Translations under genes and position numbers: made by a program
Notes under the pieces: model-generated
The model's database searches: none
What the model saw: only the letters and a program-made list of their open reading frames with translations
What the model was told of the DNA's origin: nothing
Source of the DNA: Paraspadella gotoi
Lineage: Eukaryota > Animalia > Chaetognatha
Reading direction: 5' to 3'
Assembly (NCBI GenBank): GCA_051294375.1
Contig: CM119263.1
Location: forward strand, 12,441,723 to 12,505,722
DNA length: 64,000 bases
In this document: one piece after another, positions 40,666-55,000 of the stretch
Position numbering within the stretch: position 1 is the first letter of the stretch
Layout: every line of letters starts with the position of its first letter

Positions 40666-41882
40666 GGCATTTCACTGGTTAAACGGATTGAAAATAAAAA
40701 ACTAGAGAAGCTACTTGATTAAATAAAACGGGTCTAATAATTCGTTCTATATCTCCATAACCTAAACAACAATAGGATTTACATTCGTAACTTAGCTAGA
40801 AACTGCTAAAATTGAATTTTTAATTAATGTTTACAATTTTTACATATTTGTAGAGCAGAGGAGCACGTTTTTCATCGACCCCATAATGGATGAGCAATCT
40901 CAATAAAACTTATCGGGGAAGAAAAGCGGTAAAATTTCATAAAACAAGATCCATCCATCCATTGTGTTGCGCCGCAGTGACTTTATTTTCATGTGTATTT
41001 CTCGTAACATGACATGAGGCGATATGACTACAACTTCCTTAGCCTGTATATTTATGACACGCACTGCCTAGAAATTCCGTCTTTTATTCTTTAAAGTTTT
41101 AGGATTTCCTAAAGGGGGCGCTAGCAGTCCCTTAGATTTGAAGTTTTTTTCTGTCTTAACAAATGAACATCAATAAACAAATTATGTGCATTTTTAACGT
41201 TAGTGGGACAGACCGACGAACAGACATACCGACCGACAAGTAATTTATAGAGTTGCTCCGCTAGTACTCGCGGCGCAACTAAAAAAATTTAAGATGAAAC
41301 TACAAGATTTTGGAATATAACCAATTCTGTAAGAAAAGTTAGTTCTTCAATTCACGTCTAAATTGACTTCGTGTATTATTTCGATGGTTAGCAGATTAGC
41401 AAATTTGAGGAGATAGTATTGGAGGAATGTGTTGTCTAGTTAAGTAACAAAAATGCGTCGTTACTTAACGCCGAATTCTGAAAACAGCACAATACATACA
41501 TTTACCATTTGTAAAAAGAATGGAAGCTAATGATTTTAACAATGATGTATCTGAAAAAACAAGTGATCCATTTTTCAATTATTTCGTCAGATCTGGTCTT
41601 ACGCCAACGGCTTTTGGAATAAAAACCTTGGCGTACTATTATTCAGCAACTTATCTAAAATGACTAGATATCTCCGAATGCATAAAATTAATCTGGTTTA
41701 CAATCCTAAAATGATATGACCGCGTTATTGATTTTAAAAGTTTCTTTTCGTACATTATTCACTTGACCTAATTAAAATCGAAATCTTCCAAGGGATTTCA
41801 AAATTTCTAGAAAGGATCGCCGAGATATGACACTCAAAAAAAATTAACGAGTGTTCACCACAACACTAAAATTCCAGCGTGC

Positions 41883-44904
<3,022 letters not shown>

Positions 44905-45041
44905 CTATTTTACCAACGAAACTACAAGAATAAAAGTATCACTTGGATACACTTCTCTCAACTAAATCTGGAAAGCAAATACGGCGCAGCAATATTAGTA
45001 ATTAACACTGTCATAGAGGTTTTACAAAAGGCAGTTCTTAT

Positions 45042-46622
45042 TCAATCATTATACCAATCCAAAAACAATAGAGAGAAAGTCATCACTACTAAAAAGAAAA
45101 GAATCCAAACTCGAAAACCGGCATTATTTTTTATTGCGTCTCTGATCTGCTCATTGGCCATTTGAATATTGTCCGTTGTTCCCATCAAATTCTCTCCAAT
45201 TCTATTGATGTCGCCAGCTTGCTCCAGAATCTTCTCAGAGAAGATTTCCTGTACGGGCAAAAATTATAGCGAAATAAATTTAAGAAATTGGAAAACTTTA
45301 AAAAAAAAATAATTTACAGTTAGAATAAAACAGTTCAATAGCGTACATGAACGTTACGTCGCCACAGTGCGTCCATTACAAAGCTTGGACGCACATCTTA
45401 GCCAATACTAACCTGCAGTCGGGCAATTTCAATGACTTTTCCTTCGATTTTCTTGACGTCATCCGTAGTTTCCTGTAACTCTTGATAAAGAGATACGTTT
45501 TCCTGCTCAAACATTTGGAGTTCTTCGGGGGAGAGGCTTTCGGAGAGATGAACGGCTCGAGGGTCGTCGTCTTCGTCGAAGGACGAGGAAGCCCACGTCA
45601 TGTTTCGTTCTGAGGGAGCGTCGTTCTGCGACGTCGGTAGCGGGGAAGATGGCGGCGAAGGCCCAGAATCTGTTGTGAATAAAGATGAATGTGAAACATA
45701 TCCACAATACTTTTAAGTAATTAAAGGAGGTATTAAGCCCAATAAAAACGTTTACAAACATTTCTCTATCAAATAAAAAAAACATTAGGTTTATCTCTAG
45801 ACAGTAAACCACAGCAATGATTTCATTTGTATCACGGAGTAATTAGTATCTTTTCAACTTTCAATTTAACCTGGTTTCCCATTGTGTTGGGTAACAACGC
45901 CTGCCGCAACATTTCCCGGTGGCGTAGACTCATCGGCCATTACGGGGCCATTCACGCCAACCCGCTCCCCATCGAAGACGACTTTTCCCGATCCGTCAGA
46001 TCCAAAAGTTTCCTTCGATTCTCCCCCGATGCGGGATAGCCGTTTACGATCCAGGACACGTTTCACGCGCACAGCTAAATAAAAATGAATTTGTCTAGTG
46101 TTTCGCCCCATCGTCTAGTAGCATACAATGTTAAAGCCAACCTTTCATCTCGGAATAAATTTTGCAAACGATTCTCATATACTGATCGATGCTAGCGAGC
46201 ATAAGCACGCGATGCTCCTCAATTTGACGCGATATATTTTGACGAGCCAACTCTATCCTCATGTTCTTAATATCCTCGCCACAAGATCTCATCACTGCTT
46301 GGGCGTTGCTGTCCACTTGGTCCCTTTCCGTATCACTCATGGATCGTACTTTGTCAAAAATTAAATGGTTGTGGATGTTGATGTAATCAATTCGATGTCG
46401 AAGCAAGAAGTCACGAAGTTTAGTGATTTTGGCAACAATTTCTTTGGCGCGAACGATAAATTCCGACTTAGCATGTTTGTTCGTTTTGTGCATAGAGGGA
46501 ACAGAAAGGCCAAGGAATTCCTGAGATTGACTTGATCCTTCGCGGTAAATTCGTCCCAAAGCTTTGTTACGTGTTTGAATTGTTTTTAAAGTTGCCTTGT
46601 AGATATGAGTTATGTCAGCCAT
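45042..46622 (-). CDS. STX18: Syntaxin-18
   Basis: [41 protein letters not shown]; [25 protein letters not shown]|[48 protein letters not shown]. Confidence 0.95.
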
Positions 46623-46644
46623 GTTGATTACAGAAATAAAATTC

Positions 46645-47189
46645 TTAAGATGGCAGGTTAGGACCCCCCGACATAAAATCGCCAGTTATATCCGAATTGC
46701 TAAAGTCGAATCCCGGGTGGCTGAAAGCGAAGCGTTGCAGTGTCAATTTCTTTTCCATTTCATTTTTTGTAAATGGGTCGGCGATGAACTAAATTAGAAA
46801 AGAGTTGTAAGTATATTTAAGTTAAAATTTTTTTAAGAGCGAAAAATAAATACTGATCGTACTTGATCGACTAGTAATCCGGGCCAGCAACACTCTTTAC
46901 TCGTTGGATCTGAAATAGTCTTCAACAGTTGGATTCTAACAGTTTGATTGTCTTCCAATGTCCATACACACTCGTCAGCCAGAACTTTTTTGTTAAGAAT
47001 ACCACAAATAATTTTTTTGTCTTCTAAATAGACTGAAAGTCTGTCAGGTTTTATTCCAATTCGAAGCTGCTTAGCAATTGTTCCCTTTGGCACGTCAATT
47101 AAAACGTAAACTTCCTCAACAGTTTGATACCAATGTCCCCAAGGTGTTAAACACAATACGCTCCCGGAAGTTTCGTCAAAATGAGTCAT
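46645..47189 (-). CDS. NUDCD2: NudC domain-containing protein 2 (2 exons)
   Basis: MTHFDETSGSVLCLTPWGHWYQTVEEV..DECVWTLED..WPGLLVDQ|FIADPFTKNEMEKKLTLQRFAFSHPGFDFSNSDITGDFMSGGPNLPS*; TAA at 46645-46647. Confidence 0.93.
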
Positions 47190-47469
47190 ATTTCTCGACA
47201 AGAAGTATCATTCTTATTCGAATTAGTAACCTTTAAAATTTAAGGCGGCAATGGTTTCATTTAAACAGTAATTAACCGTAATTAACCGACACTGTCGGCG
47301 ACAGGGATTATGGGGTATTTAGAATTTAGGGTAGTTTATGGGTGGTTAAGGCTAAGAGAGTTCAGTCTTAGGATAATTAGGTAATAATTTTTTAATTTTT
47401 TAATTTTTAAGTGATTTTTCAAAAGACGCCAAAACCCTGGTCGGCCAAAATAAAATTTTATCTATTTTT

Positions 47470-48240
47470 TTAAGTTCTTGATAATACAAGCCACCCAATG
47501 ATGAAATAAAAAAGAAATATAGGATATAACCCCATTGCTTTCTTCATGGGCGGAATAGACGATGAGAGAAATACTGTACTCGCAAAAGTTGACCAGGACA
47601 ATGAAACTACTACAGCTATAAGCCTAATAGCAAACGATATTTCCCACATGTGAATGCTTACAAGCACAAGCCTGCAAACAATTAATGACAGTGCAAGAGG
47701 TAAAACACAGTATCCTAAAATACACACACACTGAAAAAAAGATATCCGCCCTCCTAAAAGTTTAGAATTAAGAGTGACGATTGTGGAGCCGATCCAAAAA
47801 ATCACAAAAACCTCCGCAAACTCAGGTTGACCATCTGATTCGGCGTCATAACCTGAAAGTAAAAAATCCAAATAAACTAGTTTCTTTGCAAATTTGTTTT
47901 TAAAAAATATCATATGTATCAATTAAAAACCTTGAAGAAGGAATGACAATATCACACAAATAAGTAAAGGGCCCCATAAATCCCAATCTTTTAACAAGTG
48001 CTGCCGAGATTGCTTCGGGAAGAAGACGTGTTTAAACTTAGATCCGATTGCTCGGGCGTCTCGCAAAATAGTTTCCTTGATTGGTTCATCCAAAGTTGAC
48101 TTATTATGGGTCTCAACTTGTTGAGAATGTGCGATTTCTCCTTCTAAATTCAGTTCCTGTAATATTACAGGATCGGCGGCAATAGTATTGTTAAATTCAT
48201 CCGAAGGTAAGCTTGAAAACGAAGTCGTAGCCATCTTCAT
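47470..48240 (-). CDS. YIPF6: Yip1-domain Golgi protein YIPF6 (2 exons)
   Basis: STLDEPIKETILRDARAIGSKFKHVFFPK..LLKDWDLWGPLLICV; PEFAEVFVIFWIGSTIVTLNSKLLGGRISFFQCVCILGYCVLPL; YPIFLFYFIIGWLV. Confidence 0.95.
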
Positions 48241-48774
48241 TAAATACCTATATTCTATAACAAAAATTTAGAAATCGATATATAGCCATAAACTTACACG
48301 AAATAAGTTTGCTATAAGCGAGAGCCAATATCACACACGTTGCAAAGTTCGATACTTTAATGTACACGTTGAAATGTGACGAATAACGGACACGTTAAAG
48401 CATTTTGTTTTCAAAAAAGATAATTAATCTTTATTCATATCTTGGGAGATGGGATTAAATATAGGATAAACGAAAAGTGAAGATCGGTTTCCGTGCAACT
48501 ACAGTAAGAAATGATCAATAAATAATAGATTTCAGTTGCAGGAAAAAAACGGAAATAATTCAGAATCGCGCTTTCGATGGTGCTCCAAAGGGATCCAGAG
48601 GGCGCATCTAAACTAATTACATATCATCAATGCGATGTCTAAAAAATAAGCAGAAGCAAAGCAACAGGCTAATAGAGGCTAAAATATAAGGGTGTGTCAT
48701 CACTCTTTAACAAAAATTATTTCAAGAATAATGTCGTAAAAGGAAACTTGAAACAGTTTTTATGAAAACAAAAA
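48241..48774. promoter_or_regulatory. Probable bidirectional promoter between the 13-gene cluster and R-Ras
   Basis: 534 bp between divergent ATGs; three ACACGTT motifs (48335, 48364, 48390) and a CCAAT at 48325. Confidence 0.45.
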
Positions 48775-49996
48775 ATGCATTCTACGGATTTAACCTACAG
48801 CGCAAACTACAAATTAGTAGTTGTGGGAGGAGGAGGAGTAGGAAAAAGTGCTTTAACAATTCAATTTATAAATGTAAATATTATGATACCGATTAACTAT
48901 GTTAATAAAACAAAAAAACCAAAAAAAATTAAAAATCATCTTTTTCGGTTCAGTCTTACTTCGTCACCGACTACGATCCAACAATTGAAGATGCGTATCA
49001 AAAACAATGTGTCATCGACGACAAAGTTGCCAAGCTCGACAGTAAGTTAATCAATTAATCTACCTAAAACCACTTTTATCTTAAAAAAAGAAAAACTATA
49101 TTACAGTTTTAGATACTGCTGGACAAGAAGAGTTTTCTGCGATGCGAGAACAATACATGAGGACGGGAGAGGGGTTCCTATTGATTTATTCAGTGGCAGA
49201 CAAATCATCATTCGAAGAGATTTTTAAATTCCACAAACAAATTCTCCGAGTCAAGGATCGAGATGAATTTCCAATGATCCTTGTCGCTAATAAAGCAGAT
49301 CTGGAAGAAAGTCGGCAGGCAAGTTTTTAAAAAAATTCCGAAATTAGGGTGCTTCCAAAACTTCGTCCGAAACTACGAAATTTTATTATTAAAAATTAAA
49401 ATAGGTTTCAACAGAAGAGGGACAAGAACTAGCGCGTCAGTTACACATTCCCTACATAGAAGCATCCGCCAAAGTTAGAATGAACGTGGACCAAGCTTTT
49501 CATGAACTCGTAAGAGTCGTAAGGTAAAAAAGTGACGACGAGCCTTTCCTATTGTAATTATTGGTAGTTGTCAGTTTTCACGAAGTGTAAAACCATTTTA
49601 CTTCATAATATAATTTTGAAGCTTGAAGCAATGAAAATCAACAAATGATAAAATTTTTAGGGTTAATTTTACTTTCGCCATCCGTGGTTAGGGGGGTTTA
49701 GGGTTAAGGGTGGTTAGCGTTAAGAGGGTTAGGGTAATTGGGTAAAAAATTTTTTTTAATATTTTTGAAATATTAATATTAAATATAATTTTTTTTTAAA
49801 TAGTTTTTTCAAAAAACGCCAAAACCCCGGTCGGCGAAAGTAAAATTTTTCCAATATTCACATTTTCCTGAAAACTGAAACCATATATTTTAACAATTAA
49901 AACCCAGAATAACTTTTTTCCAGGCGTTTTCAAGAAGCTGAACGTCCCAAAGTTCAATATCAAAAGAAAAAGAAGACACTGTGCAAGATTTTATAG
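48775..49996 (+). CDS. RRAS2: Ras-related small GTPase, R-Ras/R-Ras2 type (5 exons)
   Basis: [20 protein letters not shown]; [13 protein letters not shown]; [23 protein letters not shown]; [22 protein letters not shown]; [19 protein letters not shown]; polybasic tail and CAAX CKIL*; TAG at 49994-49996. Confidence 0.9.
49665..49847. mobile_element. MITE with 15-bp TIRs and internal TTAGGG-like repeats (decayed copy ~47295-47459)
   Basis: AATTTTACTTTCGCC...GGCGAAAGTAAAATT; interior GGTTAGGGGGGTTAGGGTTAAGGGTGGTTAGCGTTAAGAGGGTTAGGG. Confidence 0.65.
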
Positions 49997-52021
49997 ACAG
50001 AACCCCATGTTTAAACATAAAATCCTAATATCCGTCCCTTAAGTCATTTTAAAACAGATATCAGTATCTATTTCTAAAATATATTTGATAGCAGTTGGAA
50101 AATATAAAATAGTACAGGGATCAAAAAATTTCCTAATTCTTGTTCTAGCCTGAAGAAAAATAGAATTAAAATTAAATTAAAAAAAAAAAAAATTAAATCA
50201 GTACGAAATGCTTACAAAGAACCCAGTTCCTTAATATTCCTGGGCTGTAAAATAATCAGTTATGCCTCATAGGCAACCAAAAAATTAACCATTTGCTGTG
50301 ATTTGAAGTTTAAAGCTTTAGTTTTTTTTAAAGTCAAATGCATATATAATAGCAACCGGGGATAGCCTAAAACTATAAAGAATATTGCATATCTGAGTTC
50401 CTATATAACAATTTTGATTAAAAAAATAGCTTTTAAGCTTTAATCTTTCTCAAAGGGAAAGTGGTTTCAAATGTTGTTTCGATTTGAGAACTTATTAAAA
50501 ACTTCCGATTATAGGCTCCCTCAGAAGGATTTTAAATTTTTAATATCCAAAGAGTGCTTTGTTACCACAATCCACACGAGATCCACTTCATCATTCATTC
50601 TCATTTCATGAATTTAGATAAATCGATTATTTTTACAGTTGTCTACATTATATGCATGAAAAGACTATTCAACAGCCTTAGTATTGTTGCTTTAACGACG
50701 GGTTTGTGCTAACACAATAGTTGTTTGATTACTATATTAGTTATAGAAAAATCATTATTTTAAAAAATATTTGTTCATGTCTTCTGCCCAGTTTAATATA
50801 ATAGATATTTACAATTCTAAAAATGATAATTAAAAATTTTGACCGTAAAGTTCTATACAAACGAGGTAGTACTTTATTTTTAAATTAGAACTTAGCTAGC
50901 TTTATAATCGCAAAACTATATGATGTACTAACAATTTAATTCTTTCAGAATTTTCAGTCATGAATAAGAAACTATAAAAAAATCCGTATTATAATCACTG
51001 CCATTCATAGGTAAAACAATGATTGTCTTGAATGTTCCCAACATGCACAACATAAAAAGGCAAAAAAGGAATATTCCATGGCAAAGAACGAATAAAGCAA
51101 TAGCTTGTTCTAATTGTTGTTAATTAAAAACAAAATCTGTCCCATGTATAAAACATAGCGAGAGGAGTCAAATAGAAAGTTCATGAACACGAAGTACAAA
51201 GCCGCATTCAGCTTAGAACAAAAAAATAAAGGAAGGCAGGATACGATAATTTGGGTTGGCAATATAAAAATAGGAGCTATTAAAATGTAAAAAACTCGGA
51301 TAGGACTGAACGCCTATTATAATACATGCGATCATCAAGTTATATAAATAATAACAGCAATTTACCTCTAGATTTATATTAATGGGTTGCTGATAATATA
51401 TTTAAAACATTTTATAGCACAAAGAAACGATATAAGAGTTTTAATGATGAAAAATATGCTCTACCCAAAAAATATTTTCCTTAATGAGTATATATTTTAA
51501 AATGATTTTTTAGCTCACCAATATACGTACATTAAAAATGTTTTAAATTTAACATTCTTTGGCAAAGGAATTAAATCAAAAAAAGAATGAAGATATTAGA
51601 TATATAATAGAAGAGCTACATGATTTTTCAAAAATTTTTACTCAGTAAAAGGTATAAAAATAAAATTGTAACCCATTTTGCAAGATCAATTTTCTTTATG
51701 AAGCATCTGTTTATGAATGATGCCTAAGGATTGTTTTAATAGCAACAAAACAAATTATTTATTAGCAATTATGTCAGTAGTCATTTTTTTTTACCTAATT
51801 GTTATTCACAAAGTTCGGAATAAAACTTCTAGCAAATTATCATTCAAAAACAGACACTCGAATTTTCAACGAAAGTTATAATATCATCAACTAAAAAATG
51901 GTAAAAAAATTATTAATTTACCTTTGGTAGAATTTGATTAAAATAAAGAAAAAAAAGTACTCATGGATGGAATTTATTTTGGTACCAATCAGTTGCAATG
52001 CAATTAACAAATCCACTGGTT

Positions 52022-55000
52022 TCAAACGTCCGTCTCGAGATGGGGATTAGTCGGAACACATGACGTATCCCCTTCCCCTTCGGAATATACGAGTTCTCCT
52101 CTGGCATCATCCAAAGTTCGATCAACTTCTTCTCGCTCCAAAGTTTTTAAGACATCTTTAAAGAGAAAAAGAAAACCATTAAAAATTAGACTTAAAAATT
52201 TACAAATATATATTTAAAATAAAAATCAAGCGTAAATAAGATAAAACAAGGAAAGAAGAGCGAGGTGAATAGTGCGCTGTAACTACGAAACAAAGCAAAA
52301 ACTAACTTTACCTTCGTACTAAACAAAAGAGTACTAGTAACTCCATTTTTTTAATTTTGGAGCCCTGAGTAGATTGTAAAAACATAAAAAAAAAAAAATT
52401 AAAACTGATTTAAAAACTAAAATAAAATAAAAAGTGGTTAAAAACAGAATACACTATAAAATTGTAATGCTTACCCATCGCTCCATTAGGACCCGATCCC
52501 TGGGTAACAATGTTTGGTTCGTTTCCCTCTTGATTTGCATCCGAATTCATTTCAGAATTATCATCTATCAAAAAAAATCCCATTGACAGTTTACTTTTTG
52601 TTAATTAACTCAACGGGCACTCTTTGCCTTACCTGTGAGCGTGCCGACAAGATGGGCGTCGGTGGGATGATGTGCATGGAGGGTATAATCATAGACTGTC
52701 TCCTCGGCAATTTTTAGCCATCGCTTCGTCGCTGCAGACTCCAGATTTAGCGAATCCTTTTCATTCTCCCGATTGTATGTGAGCAACGCAATTACGGCGG
52801 GGTGTGGAATGGGCTGTGGTACCTGAACAAAAGTCGTAAAAATTTTTGAAGATACTTTTTTCGTAGACTAGAGAATTTATAACATTTCTTGGTAATCTTT
52901 TATAACTATATAGGGATTAAGTAGTATGTACTGAACTTATAACTACTTATACTTAACAATTAACACCTGCAAAGGAATTATTTCGGCAGTTGAGGTGGTT
53001 GATCTGCCGCTGACCATTGACCGTCGTGATTTTCGACGGGATGTTGATTCTTGACTGGAAGGGTGAAGGGCCGGGGTGCGTCCATTGGGATCGAAGGCTG
53101 ATGGGTCCAGAAATGGCATGGCAATGGCCAGATTGCCTTTGGGTGTATGAATCACAGACACCTAAGTGTACGATAAAGCCGTTCATTCTCCGAGACTACA
53201 AATTTAGATTACATCGTGACTATTTGAAACCCGCCTCTGTAAAAAATTCCTTATACAAAAACACGAAGAGATTTTAATATTTCGAAAAAAGATATTTAAA
53301 GGGAAGACATTCATTTTTGATGTATAAATTTATGATAATTGATTTTGTTTTGAGGTAACGAATTTCAGGTAACGAATTTCTTTCATTTCTGATTAAAAAG
53401 CTAGAATTTGCTCTTTAACTTTTTCGCTCATTACGCTTTTTAATCAGAAATGAAAGAAATTCGTTACCTGAAATTCATGGCTCTATTAAACAATCATAAT
53501 TACACTAATTTGTGCTCATATGGGTGTATTACAACTCCCAAAAACAGGTAGTTTTAAACATTTATCATTTTAATAATTATAAAAATCATAGCTTTGTAAT
53601 GGATAACCACGTATTAACCATATTTACATTAATAATCTAACTGATGGGTAGGTCCATCATCTCTATCTCTCTATGAGTAAAGTCAAAGGAAAAGTCCAAA
53701 AAATAGGCAAAAAAAGTATATTCTCTGAGAGGGAGCTCGCGAGCTGAAGTAGAACCCAAGACAGAACTAGAATCTCTCTCTTTGCTCCTTCTGTCGTCGC
53801 TCGATGAGGAGGAAGGGAAAGGGAGGAAAAGAGGCGGAAAAAGAAAAGGTGTCTCGAGCGAGAATGGGGAAGATAAATGGGGGAATCCAGTGAAATATAC
53901 TCATCCCTCTATCTGATAATTTTTTTCCCATGAATATTATTCAGTTATAATATCTTTCATTTAAAAAAAAAATTAACTCGATTTATTTTCATGTTTTTGG
54001 TCGTTTTTTTTTTGTCTTAAAATATCTTTTTTCAAAATATTAAAATCTTAACACATTTTAGTTTGGTTAATTTTTTCTAGGGGCGGGTTTAAAATGGTTG
54101 CCATGTAATAAATGTCTGCTTTGTATTTTTTAAATAAAATCATAAAATAATTTAAATACTAGGAGAAAAACCAAGTTGAAATTTTAGTCGTTCATTTCCT
54201 GAAAGCTTCGCTTATGTTTACCATGTCCATGTCGTCGTTTAGCTCCGTAGCGGCGAGCATAGCAACGTATTTTGAGAGGTTCACATGTTGCACTTCTAAG
54301 CGGAATCCATAATCCGTCGGCTCAAGCGGTGTTAAAAAAGACGGCGAAAAGATCTCGGAAAACAAGCGACCGGCAAGTCCTTTCCAGTCACAAGTCTCAA
54401 GATTACGCCTGAAACGTCAAATTAAAAAGCGTTGCGATTTAAATTATTTATGATAAGATTAAAACCCCGTCTATGATTATGAAATCGGTACAATACGTAT
54501 AAAATTATCCATTCACTCAACAACCAGGCTATCTTGCCCCCGACTATGGACACTGGACAGTAGAGTGATGTGAAAATGATAAAATTTTAGAAAATTAAAA
54601 TTTAGCATATAAAACGTGAAAATAAAAACCATTTAAAATACTTTGGTAAATTTATTTTTTAATTTCATACATTAGTGGGTACCAGTGAGCTACATTTATA
54701 TATAGTAATAAGTATATAATGGCTAAAATTTCAAAATACAAATTTTTAAATTTTAAGATCGGATTTGGATTCCTTACAAAAAGTTAATATAAGAAAGTAT
54801 AATTCTTTTTTAAAAATTCTTTTATTAAGTTGGTCAAAAATCGAAAAAATTATGTTTAAGATAACGATTTTTAATTTTGAGCTTAAAAATATAGTTTTTT
54901 GTAATTGTAACCTACTTAATGACATAATTTTTTAAAAAGATTTATATTTTCTTTTATCAATTTTTAATAAGGAATCTGAATCTGTTCTCAGAATTTAAAA

